Source of the DNA: an uncultured Clostridia bacterium | Lineage (GTDB): Bacteria; Bacillota; Clostridia; UBA1381 | NCBI GenBank assembly: GCA_944390955.1 | Contig: CALXRY010000176.1 | Location: forward strand, 22,131 to 86,130 | Direction of reading: 5' to 3' | Length of the DNA: 64,000 nt | In this document: one piece after another, positions 37,209 to 45,479 of the stretch | Layout of the letters: each line of letters opens with the position of its first letter | Position numbering within the stretch: position 1 is the stretch's first letter | Translations under genes and position numbers: made by a program | The notes under the pieces: model-generated | The model's input: only the letters and a program-made list of their open reading frames with translations | Databases searched by the model: none | What the model was told of the DNA's origin: nothing

Positions 37209-37984
37209 ATAAACTTAAAAACATCCGCGGCGCGGGAAATCACGATTTCCGCGCCCTTATTTTTTAGAAGCCCGGAAAATATATCCTTTACCATCACTTC
37301 GGTCGGGTAATGACCCGCGTCTATTATAAATATCCCTTTTTCTGCGGCGTCCATTGTTTCATGATATTTCAGATCGCCAGTTATTATTGCGTCGCAGCCC
37401 TTTTCTATGGCGGTATCGATACATTCGGCGCAGCTTCCGGAGGCAACGCACAGGGTGCTTACGGGACGTATCATATCTCCGGCGGCTCTTACGGCAGGAG
37501 TATCTAGCCTTTCCTTTACGAGTTTGCAAAGCTCGGCCGCGGTCATGCTTTTCTGTAATTTTCCGAACCGTCCGAGTCCGGCTCCGGGCAGCTTTTCGTC
37601 GGGCTCAAGGACCTTTACGTCCTCAAGCTCAAAAATTTCCGCAAGGCGGGCGTTTATGCCCTCGGGAGCATTATCCATATTTGTATGCGCGGCGTATACG
37701 GCAATGTCGTTTTTTATGAGCAGCTCAAGCAGCCTTCCTATCGGGTCGTCATAGTCGGCTTTTTTTGTGCCTCTGAACAGTATAGGGTGGTGAGAGACTA
37801 TCATATCGCAGCCTTGCTCTATCGCTTCATTAACGGTAAAGAGGTTGGTGTCGAGTGTTATGAGCATCTTTGATACTTCTTTTCTGCGGCTGCCAACGAG
37901 CAGTCCGGGATTGTCCCACGAGTATGCAAGTGAGAGCGGCGCCGCCGCTTCGATCATCATGGCTATGTCGTTTACTGTAAGCAT
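37205..37984 (-). CDS. Nif3-like dinuclear metal centre protein (YqfO family)
   Basis: Track ORF 37205..38047 trimmed to ATG 37984 (MLTVNDI) behind GAAAGGA. SHHPILFRG motif. The longer start would run into hairpin repeats. Confidence 0.85.
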   Translation of the reverse strand: MLTVNDIAMMIEAAAPLSLAYSWDNPGLLVGSRRKEVSKMLITLDTNLFTVNEAIEQGCDMIVSHHPILFRGTKKADYDDPIGRLLELLIKNDIAVYAAHTNMDNAPEGINARLAEIFELEDVKVLEPDEKLPGAGLGRFGKLQKSMTAAELCKLVKERLDTPAVRAAGDMIRPVSTLCVASGSCAECIDTAIEKGCDAIITGDLKYHETMDAAEKGIFIIDAGHYPTEVMVKDIFSGLLKNKGAEIVISRAADVFKFI

Positions 37985-38009
37985 AATATCAATTCCTTTC
38001 TGTTTCATC

Positions 38010-38593
38010 ACTTTCGCTGCGCGAAAGTTAATTGCTTTGCGTAGCAAAGCTACCTATAGCGAGTTCCGCCGCCCGTCCGCGACGGTTTTAGATAACTTGA
38101 AGCTGACGAAGAACGCGGACGGTATGGCGGATGTTTGAGCTGTTGTTTGCCAAGCTTTTGAAAGCTTGCGCCTGGGATTCCAAAGGGTATCGGCGAGGAT
38201 ACCCTTTGGCGGGGTACCGAGTATATGAATATGAGTTAACACTAAAATGGGGCAGCGCCCACACGGCGGCTATGGATAATGATTTATCTATGCTTCAAAA
38301 TCCCATAGACAGCAGTTTAGCATTATATTTTTTTATATCGGCATCGGGACTTACGCAGCCCCGAATCCCCGCCAGAGGGGTTTAATGCGAAACCCCTCTG
38401 GACACCCGCGCATAAACTTTTTCAAAAAAGTTTAATCAAAAACTTACAGCTCAGACACTTGCGCACGGGGCACCTTACGCCCCACGCGCCTGACGGTGCT
38501 CCGCACACGTTACGACTCACTATATGTAAGTTTTGCTTCGCAAAACAGACTTTCGCTCCGCGAAAGTGAATTTGGATTTGCTTCGCAAAATCC
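38010..38593. repeat. Hairpin-rich non-coding insert bracketed by related short palindromes
   Basis: Left end: ACTTTCGC-TGC-GCGAAAGT (38010-38028) and GCTTTGC-GTA-GCAAAGC (38034-38050). Right end: GTTTTGC..GCAAAAC (38530-38546), ACTTTCGC-TCC-GCGAAAGT (38549-38567) and GGATTTGC..GCAAAATCC (38574-38593). Internal 12-bp stems at 38180-38209 and 38372-38401. No credible ORF. Confidence 0.8.
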
Positions 38594-38606
38594 ATTATTG
38601 TATTAT

Positions 38607-39269
38607 TTATTTTGCCATTTCTTTTAAAAGCCCTCTATATTTCTCAAGACGCTCATTATCCGGTGCCTTTGAGCGCTCAAGCCCACTGATTATCTTCTCA
38701 AACTCCCTGCGCTTTTTTTCAAGCAGCTGTCTGTAAAGCGGGTGGCCCTTAAGATACGGCGGAAGATGATAATCTATGTCGCGTTTAAACGGCTCCTGAG
38801 AGCCGCTTTCCACGGAAAGTATGTTATAAATCTTAAACCCTTCCAACGCTATATCCTCGCCGGTTATCCTAAAGCCGTTTTTTATGAGGAATCTCCGCAG
38901 CTCATATTGAGAATTCATCGGCTGGAGCAGAAGCCTTGATGAGCGTGCAGTATTTATATCGCCGCTTATTATGCTCTCTATCATTTCTCCACCCATTCCG
39001 GCAATTATGATCTGATCCGCCTCGCCCGGTGCAACGATTGAAAGCCCCGCTCCGAGACGTGTTTCTATTTTATCCTCAAGCCCTGCCTCGGAAATGTTCC
39101 GGTGTGCGATCTCAAGAGGTCCCTTTTTTATGTCAGAGGCTATCGCCTTTTCCGACATCCCGGACCGTACAAGCTCGATAGGGATATATGCATGGTCTGT
39201 ACCTATATCGGCAGTAACCGCCGCTTTATCAGACATATCGAGTATGCTCTGTAATCTTGGTGTAATCAA
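38607..39269 (-). CDS. trmK: tRNA (adenine22-N1)-methyltransferase TrmK
   Basis: TTG start behind AAAGGAG. The DIGTDHAYIPIELV motif is typical of TrmK/YqfN. Confidence 0.8.
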   Translation of the reverse strand: MITPRLQSILDMSDKAAVTADIGTDHAYIPIELVRSGMSEKAIASDIKKGPLEIAHRNISEAGLEDKIETRLGAGLSIVAPGEADQIIIAGMGGEMIESIISGDINTARSSRLLLQPMNSQYELRRFLIKNGFRITGEDIALEGFKIYNILSVESGSQEPFKRDIDYHLPPYLKGHPLYRQLLEKKRREFEKIISGLERSKAPDNERLEKYRGLLKEMAK

Positions 39270-39307
39270 TGTAAAGCTCCTTTAATAAAACAAATTATTT
39301 TGTGCAT

Positions 39308-39612
39308 TTATCCATGTTTTTATTCACACACCGTGGATAACTTTATAAACCCTGAAATCTGCTTAAAAAGCCGTTTTTTGCGCATTCTCCACAGCAAAAA
39401 CGCTTAAAGGTGTATAAATCGTTAATAAAACTGTCTTTTTTAACTAAAAAATATGTAAACCTCAAAAAACGGCGTGGATACTTGATTTTTTGCGTTAAGG
39501 CAATTTCACGTTTACCGTGGATAACTCCGTGGATACTGTGGATAAGTGGACAGGAATTCACGTTTTATCAAATGTTTTTGAGGGATAAGATAAATTTTTC
39601 CACCGTGGATAA
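39308..39612. promoter_or_regulatory. Dense DnaA-box cluster in the serS/trmK spacer
   Basis: Perfect TGTGGATAA at 39537-39545. One-mismatch boxes at 39320-39328, 39332-39340, 39385-39393, 39516-39524 and 39604-39612. Two-mismatch boxes at 39308-39316, 39473-39481 and 39528-39536. Confidence 0.7.
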
Positions 39613-39687
39613 CTTCTTTAAAGTTAACATAATTTTTTTACAAAATGCAACCTTTTATTTGTGAATTTTTTTTGGAAAAAATTTAAA

Positions 39688-39716
39688 GGGGCTGTCGCGC
39701 TGAAAGCGACGGCCCC
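39688..39716 (-). terminator. Rho-independent terminator of serS
   Basis: GGGGCCGTCGC-loop-GCGACAGCCCC on the minus strand, followed by TTTAAATTTTTT. Confidence 0.75.
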
Positions 39717-39728
39717 GATAAAACACAG

Positions 39729-40994
39729 TTATTTTATTATATTCGTACCCATGTATTGTACGAGCGCTTCGGGGACGGTCACGGTTCCGTCTGCGTTCTG
39801 ATAATTTTCAAGAATAGCTGCTACTGTTCTGCCTACTGCAAGACCTGAGCCGTTCAATGTATGAACGAACTGCGCCTTGTCCTTGGGGCTGTCCTTGAAG
39901 CGGATATTTGCACGGCGTGCCTGATAATCCTCAAAATTGGAGCATGATGAGATTTCAACGTATCTGCCGTAGGAAGGCATCCACACCTCTATATCATACG
40001 TTTTTGCCGATGAAAAACCGAGGTCGCCTGTTGAAAGAGCGACTACCCTATATGGTATTTTCAGCCCCTGCAAAAGCTTTTCGGCATCGTTTGTAAGCGC
40101 TTCAAGCTCATCATAGCTCGTTTCCGGCTTTACGAATTTAACGAGCTCGACCTTGTTGAACTGGTGCTGTCTGATGAGTCCGCGCGTATCGCGTCCTGCG
40201 CTTCCGGCCTCGGCTCTGAAGCATGCTGAATATGCGCAGTATTTAATAGGAAGCTCGGCGCCGTTTATTATTTCGTCACGGTAGAGATTCGTAACTGGGA
40301 CTTCAGCTGTCGGGATCATGAAAAATCCGTTGTTTGCTACCTTGAATGCATCCTCCTCAAATTTCGGAAGCTGGCCCGTGCCGGTCATGGAAGCGCGGTT
40401 CACCATAAATGGCGGAAATATCTCGGTATAGCCGTTTTCAGTATGTGTATTAAGAAAATACTGTATCACAGATCTTTCAAGTCTTGCTCCGAGACCCTTG
40501 TATACTGTGAAACGCGTTCCGGCAACCTTTGTTCCTCTTTCAAAATCAAGTATGTCCAGATCAGTTCCGATATCCCAATGTGCCTTTGGCTCGAAGTCAA
40601 ATTTTGTCGGTTCGCCGAAGCGCCTCTGTTCTTCATTTTCCGAATCGTCGGCGCCTATAGGACATGATTCATTCGGGATATTAGGGATCCTCAGCATAAA
40701 GTCGCGCAGCTCTTCATCTATCCGGCGGACCTGCTCGTCAAGCTCCTTTATATTATTGCTGAGTTCCTTCATTTCCTTGAATATCTCATCGGTGTTTTCC
40801 CCGTTCTTCTTCATTTGAGGTATCTTCTTTGATATCTCGTTTTGTGAAGCCTTTTTGCGTTCAACGTCAACGAGTATCTCACGGCGCTTTTTGTCAAGCT
40901 CCACAGCGGGATCGATGTCAAGATCGTTATTTCTCTTTTTGAGAGCATCCTTTATTATTTCGGGGTTTTGTCTTAAAATTTTGATGTCAAGCAT
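39729..40994 (-). CDS. serS: Seryl-tRNA synthetase
   Basis: 421 aa beginning [13 protein letters not shown]-terminal coiled coil, and class II motifs ([30 protein letters not shown]). Confidence 0.95.
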   Translation of the reverse strand: MLDIKILRQNPEIIKDALKKRNNDLDIDPAVELDKKRREILVDVERKKASQNEISKKIPQMKKNGENTDEIFKEMKELSNNIKELDEQVRRIDEELRDFMLRIPNIPNESCPIGADDSENEEQRRFGEPTKFDFEPKAHWDIGTDLDILDFERGTKVAGTRFTVYKGLGARLERSVIQYFLNTHTENGYTEIFPPFMVNRASMTGTGQLPKFEEDAFKVANNGFFMIPTAEVPVTNLYRDEIINGAELPIKYCAYSACFRAEAGSAGRDTRGLIRQHQFNKVELVKFVKPETSYDELEALTNDAEKLLQGLKIPYRVVALSTGDLGFSSAKTYDIEVWMPSYGRYVEISSCSNFEDYQARRANIRFKDSPKDKAQFVHTLNGSGLAVGRTVAAILENYQNADGTVTVPEALVQYMGTNIIK

Positions 40995-41015
40995 GGTTAT
41001 TTTCCTTTCATAAAT

Positions 41016-41438
41016 TTATTGCTCGTTTACGAACGCCTGCACGGACGCAAATAAGGTTTTTTCGGCTTCAGAAAGAAGCTCCTGGTTTATTTTTGATAAT
41101 TCCTGTGCCGCTCCATCCTTATTATCTGCAGCCATAAAATTTGCGGCCGAGGTGAGTAGCTCGGTATTTTTTATCTGTTCCTTTAATTTCTCATTTTCTT
41201 CTTTAAGCCCTTGGTTTTCCTCAAGCAGGACCATATTTTCCTCGCTCAGCACCGCAGCTCGCTGCGATATTGAATTGTCCAGCTGACCTGCCGGCCGCAG
41301 CGTCTGCTCGACCTGAGGTTGGCTTTTTTCAAGATTGGCCTGACCGAAAAATGATATTATGATCAGAACTATCGCCACGACAAATATGAGAGCCGTGTAC
41401 AGAAACATTGATCTATTGTTATTTTTGTTCGCTGCCAT
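41016..41438 (-). CDS. Membrane-anchored coiled-coil protein, function unknown
   Basis: 140 aa with N-terminal TM segment LYTALIFVVAIVLIIISFF, followed by heptad-like E/K/L-rich sequence. Confidence 0.5.
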   Translation of the reverse strand: MAANKNNNRSMFLYTALIFVVAIVLIIISFFGQANLEKSQPQVEQTLRPAGQLDNSISQRAAVLSEENMVLLEENQGLKEENEKLKEQIKNTELLTSAANFMAADNKDGAAQELSKINQELLSEAEKTLFASVQAFVNEQ

Positions 41439-41928
41439 CTTTCTGACCCTTCTTTAATCCGTTAATTGCTTTGTTAAGCGCCTGCATTTCCTCGGAGAGC
41501 AGTTTTACCTGTGTCTTTCCGTGTTCAATCTCCCTTACGTATGTGTTGCAGGAGTTGTGACCGTAAAGAGACGTAATAATTATTCCGTCGTTGCTGCTGT
41601 TAAGGATCGCCACGGCAAAGCTCAGCTTTCCTGTTACGTCCTCGTATGCGTCAAAGTTAACTACGCCGAGCTTTTTTAATGACATCGAGGTCTGCCCTTC
41701 GCAGTTGGCAAGTCTTGAAAGCAGCACAGCGTCCGACTTGTCATTGACCGTCTTTGCAAGGTCATCGACCTTGTTGTAATATTCCTTCAGCGCGCCGATT
41801 ATATCGCCGTCATCGCTGTAGTCAAGCAGTGTATTCACTTTTGACGAATTTATCATGATGAGTATGAAACATATGAGGATAAGAACTATTATGATCCCCA
41901 TAGATATTAAAAGTAATGTGTTATTCAT
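41419..41928 (-). CDS. DUF4446-like membrane protein (commonly follows parB in Firmicutes)
   Basis: Track ORF trimmed to ATG 41928 (MNNTLLLISMGIIIVLILICF) behind AGGGGTGA. Confidence 0.55.
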   Translation of the reverse strand: MNNTLLLISMGIIIVLILICFILIMINSSKVNTLLDYSDDGDIIGALKEYYNKVDDLAKTVNDKSDAVLLSRLANCEGQTSMSLKKLGVVNFDAYEDVTGKLSFAVAILNSSNDGIIITSLYGHNSCNTYVREIEHGKTQVKLLSEEMQALNKAINGLKKGQKDGSEQK

Positions 41929-41953
41929 TTTTTCACCCCTGTTTCGGTATTTT

Positions 41954-42829
41954 TCAGTATTCGACGCTGAACATCGAAAGTATTCTTTCGAGGTCGTCGT
42001 TTCCGTAATATTCGATCTCGATCTTTCCCCGGTTTTTATTATGCGATATTTTGACCTTTGTCCCGAGTCCCGAGGAAAGCCTGTTCTGAAGTCTTTCAAG
42101 CTCTATCGAATACACGTCGTCCTCTGTTTTTTTTCTGCGCTGTGGACGGTTTTTGCCGAGCTTCTTTGAAAGAGCCTCGGCCTGACGGACATTAAGTCCC
42201 TCGTCTATTATTTTTTTCGCAAGCTCGTTTCTCAGCTCCTCGTCCTCGACTGAAAGCAGCGCCCTTGCGTGTCCGCCGGTCAGCTTTCCATCTATAAGGA
42301 GTTTTTGTATATTCTCGTCGAGGGACAGAAGCCTCAGAGAATTTGCCACCGCACTGCGGCTCTTTCCTATTTTTTCACTCACAGCCTCCTGTGTAAGTGA
42401 GAAATCATTTATGAGAGTCCTATAGCCGAGAGCCTCTTCAATAGGATTGAGATCCTCTCGCTGTAAATTTTCGATCAGAGCGATTTGCGCCGTTTCCTCA
42501 TCGGAGTATTCGCGTATTACCGTAGGCACCGTCGAAAGTCCGGCTTTTTTTGCCGCACGCCATCGCCGCTCGCCGGCAACTATCCTGTACCGCCCGCCTT
42601 CTATCGGAGAAATTATTATCGGCTGTATAAGCCCGTGCTCCGAAATTGATTTGGCGAGTGCGTCTATCTTTTCCGGATCAAAGCTTTTTCTTGGCTGGTT
42701 TCTGTTTGGCTCTATAAGGCTCAGCTTTATTTCCGATATCTCCGCTCCGGAGGCGTCGGCTTCTATATCAGCTATTCCACCACTGTCAAAAAGCGTGCCG
42801 AGACCTTTTCCGAGTCCCTTTCTTGCCAT
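41954..42829 (-). CDS. parB: ParB/Spo0J chromosome partitioning protein
   Basis: LIEPNRNQPRK, GLIQPIIISP, IVAGERRWRAAKKAGL, and HTH LTQEAVSEKIGKSRSAVANSLRLL. Confidence 0.95.
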   Translation of the reverse strand: MARKGLGKGLGTLFDSGGIADIEADASGAEISEIKLSLIEPNRNQPRKSFDPEKIDALAKSISEHGLIQPIIISPIEGGRYRIVAGERRWRAAKKAGLSTVPTVIREYSDEETAQIALIENLQREDLNPIEEALGYRTLINDFSLTQEAVSEKIGKSRSAVANSLRLLSLDENIQKLLIDGKLTGGHARALLSVEDEELRNELAKKIIDEGLNVRQAEALSKKLGKNRPQRRKKTEDDVYSIELERLQNRLSSGLGTKVKISHNKNRGKIEIEYYGNDDLERILSMFSVEY

Positions 42830-42866
42830 AGTACCATCCTTTCATATACGTCTATTATTACTTAAA

Positions 42867-43631
42867 TTATAAATTTCTATCAATTACTTCCTTGGCAAGT
42901 GCCATATATGCGCTTGCTCCTTTTGAGGTCCTGTCGTATTTTATTATCGGTTCACCAAAGCTCGGCGCCTCCGAAAGGCGGATATTTCTGGGGATAACTG
43001 TTTTATACAGCTTGTCCGGAAAAAATCTCTTTACCTCCTCGAGCACCTGTATTGAAAGATTTGTCCTGCCGTCGTACATTGTTGCAAGCACGCCTTCAAT
43101 ATCAATTTTAGGATTGAGCTTTTTCTTTATTGATTTTACGGTCTTTATCAGCTGTGATACTCCCTCAAGTGCGTAATATTCACATTGGATCGGTATCAGC
43201 ACAGAATCTGCCGCAGTCAGGATATTTATCGTTATCATTCCGAGTGACGGCGGAGAATCTATTATTATAAAGTCAAAGTCGTCTTTTATGGCGGCTATCG
43301 ATTTTTTTAGAAAAAATTCGCGGTTTTCCTCATATGCCAGCTCTATTTCGGCTGCGCTCAGATCTGCTGAGGACGGTATTATATACAGATTGATATATTT
43401 TGTTTTTATCACGGCATTTTTTGTATTGCCGCTGTCTGCAAGACAGTCGTAGACCGAAAGTGCGTGCTCTTGCTCGTCGGCACCGACGCCGCTCGTTGAA
43501 TTGCCCTGAGGATCGCAGTCTATCAGCAATGTTTTTTTGCCTATGTATGCAAGGCACGATGCAAGATTTACAGCGGTCGTTGTTTTTCCGACGCCGCCCT
43601 TCTGATTGGTAACAGCAATAATTTTAGCCAC
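42867..43631 (-). CDS. parA: ParA/Soj ATPase
   Basis: Deviant Walker A NQKGGVGKTTTAVNL. Length 254 aa. Confidence 0.95.
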   Translation of the reverse strand: MAKIIAVTNQKGGVGKTTTAVNLASCLAYIGKKTLLIDCDPQGNSTSGVGADEQEHALSVYDCLADSGNTKNAVIKTKYINLYIIPSSADLSAAEIELAYEENREFFLKKSIAAIKDDFDFIIIDSPPSLGMITINILTAADSVLIPIQCEYYALEGVSQLIKTVKSIKKKLNPKIDIEGVLATMYDGRTNLSIQVLEEVKRFFPDKLYKTVIPRNIRLSEAPSFGEPIIKYDRTSKGASAYMALAKEVIDRNL

Positions 43632-43698
43632 CTGTGTGCCATATCCCTTCTGAATTTATTTTCACAATATATTATACCACAAAATTTTTATTTGTAAA

Positions 43699-43714
43699 TG
43701 TTTCACGTGAAACA
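43699..43714. promoter_or_regulatory. Perfect parS site
   Basis: TGTTTCACGTGAAACA is an exact match to the Firmicute parS consensus TGTTNCACGTGAAACA. Confidence 0.9.
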
Positions 43715-43788
43715 TTTATAAATTTGAAATATGTTTGTAATATACGAATATTTTCAATGAAATATGGAATTATAAGGATAGAGACGAA

Positions 43789-45447
43789 TTGAAAATGATT
43801 AATCGAAAGGAATTAAAATTTATGAGGTTGCCGGAGAGAATAAAAAGATTATTTCAGTTTATGCCGCCCTCAGATGAGAGGCAGTTTATATTGAACGAGG
43901 AAAGCGACAATGTAGATTATGATGTACGGCAGGAGAAGGCTTCGGAGGGAACTCCGCTTGTCAGTACTGATATTGAAGAAAACGAGGCATATATAAGAAA
44001 GCGTTTTTCCGTACCGCTCAATAATGACTTTATAATAAGAAAGCTGAGACTGAGAAAAGGCAGGCGCGCTTTTATCGTTTTTATAGAAGGAATGGTCAGC
44101 ACCGATAATGTAGACAGCAACGTTATAAGATCGCTGCAGGAGCTACCTTACTTTGCCGATGATGACATATATAAATACGAGGAGGAAATGTCGGAGCGGT
44201 TTATAAGCCATAATCAGGCGATGGTCACGGACAGCATGGACATAGTCGCCGAGGAGGTTAACTTCGGAGCGGCCGCCGTATTTGTCGACGGATTTGGAAA
44301 GGCGTTTTCGATAGATATAAGAAGCTGGGGTACGAGGAGCATAACAAAGCCGGAAAATGAGCAGAGCATTTACGGTCCGCAGGAGGCGTTTGCCGAAATG
44401 CTCAGAACAAATACGGCGCTTATCAGAAAAATAATCAAAACAGAAAAGCTGATAGCAGAAGGTGTGAAAATAGGAACTATCAGCAAAACACGTGGAGTAC
44501 TTCTTTATATAAATGATATAGCAAATAAAAACATAGTAAACGAGGCTCGCAGACGTATAAAAAGTATAACGATGGATTATGTAATTTCGATTGACGAGGT
44601 CGAAATGATGATAGAGGAAAAGACCTTCGGGATAACCACTCAGATGCTAAAAACAGAGCGCCCTGACAGGGTGGCGAGAGCTCTTACTGAGGGCAAGGTC
44701 GCGCTTATTTTAAACGGAAGTCCGATGGCACTTGTGTTCCCGACATCAATATTTGAGCTAAGTCATGCCGCGTCGGATGATTATATGCGTGTGCCATATG
44801 CAAACATGTCAAGAATAATACGCCTTATAACGACATTTGCATCTATGCTGCTTCCGGGACTTTATCTTGCAACAACGCTGTATCATCAGGAGGTTATACC
44901 GACATATCTTCTTTATTCAATAAGTGCGTCAAGAGAAAACGTGCCGTTTCCATCGGTGATCGAGCTTATATTAATGGATATTTCATTTGAAATGATACGT
45001 GAGGCAGGTCTTAGAATGCCGGGACCTATAGGTTCCACGCTTGGAATAGTCGGCGGATTGATTCTTGGTCAGGCCGCAGTAAGCGCAAAAATTGTAAGCC
45101 CGATAATGATCATAGTAATTGCTCTTACAGGTATAGGCTCGTTTGCAACCCCGGATTATTCTCTAGGCTGGAGCTACAGGATACTTCGTATTATTTTTAT
45201 TGCGATCGGCGCATTTTTCGGATTTTATGGTATTGCGGCAGGGATCGTTGTGTATAGTCTGTTGCTCGGCAGCAGCAGGAGCTTTGGGGTTCCGTTTATT
45301 GCACCTCTTCCGAAGGCTGAAAATAACAGTACCGATAGTTCTGTATTTGTAAATCCGATATGGAGAAGAGAAAGGAGACCGTCATTTTTAAAGACGCAGA
45401 ATAAAGACGCTGAGCCTAAGATAAGCCGAAAATGGAAGCAAAAATAA
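43789..45447 (+). CDS. Spore germination receptor A subunit (GerA family)
   Basis: 552 aa with a soluble N-terminal domain plus C-terminal TM helices. First gene of the gerA-B-C operon. TTG 43789 or ATG 43795 could be the start. Confidence 0.8.
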   Translation: MKMINRKELKFMRLPERIKRLFQFMPPSDERQFILNEESDNVDYDVRQEKASEGTPLVSTDIEENEAYIRKRFSVPLNNDFIIRKLRLRKGRRAFIVFIEGMVSTDNVDSNVIRSLQELPYFADDDIYKYEEEMSERFISHNQAMVTDSMDIVAEEVNFGAAAVFVDGFGKAFSIDIRSWGTRSITKPENEQSIYGPQEAFAEMLRTNTALIRKIIKTEKLIAEGVKIGTISKTRGVLLYINDIANKNIVNEARRRIKSITMDYVISIDEVEMMIEEKTFGITTQMLKTERPDRVARALTEGKVALILNGSPMALVFPTSIFELSHAASDDYMRVPYANMSRIIRLITTFASMLLPGLYLATTLYHQEVIPTYLLYSISASRENVPFPSVIELILMDISFEMIREAGLRMPGPIGSTLGIVGGLILGQAAVSAKIVSPIMIIVIALTGIGSFATPDYSLGWSYRILRIIFIAIGAFFGFYGIAAGIVVYSLLLGSSRSFGVPFIAPLPKAENNSTDSSVFVNPIWRRERRPSFLKTQNKDAEPKISRKWKQK

Positions 45448-45451
45448 TAAA

Positions 45452-45467
45452 TGTTTCACGTGAAACA
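45452..45467. promoter_or_regulatory. Second perfect parS site
   Basis: TGTTTCACGTGAAACA lies in the 32-nt gap between the gerA-like and gerB-like genes. Confidence 0.9.
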
Positions 45468-45479
45468 TAGGAGATTGTC

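Noticed and set aside
38054-38385. 62-aa and 84-aa ORFs inside the hairpin-rich insert
   Set aside because: They have no RBS, overlap on opposite strands, and their sequence is dominated by palindromes. I treat the region as non-coding.
38010-38593. Possibility that the short palindromes form a CRISPR array
   Set aside because: There are only five units of three sequence types. Their spacing is irregular, with two at one end and three at the other. No cas genes are present.
37985-38606. RNase P, SRP/4.5S, tmRNA or 6S RNA as the identity of the structured segment (the same question applies to 31718-31883)
   Set aside because: Neither strand contains the hallmark strings: GAGGAAAGTCC for RNase P, GGAAGCAGC-type domain IV for SRP, or a tRNA-like 3' end with a tag ORF for tmRNA. 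6S RNA cannot be excluded by eye.
39343-39664. 72-aa and 84-aa ORFs in the serS/trmK spacer
   Set aside because: They overlap each other on opposite strands, lack ribosome binding sites, and are built from the DnaA-box repeats.
40995-41015. T-box or other leader upstream of serS
   Set aside because: Only 21 nt separate serS from the upstream ORF, which leaves no room for a leader. serS appears to be co-transcribed with the upstream genes.
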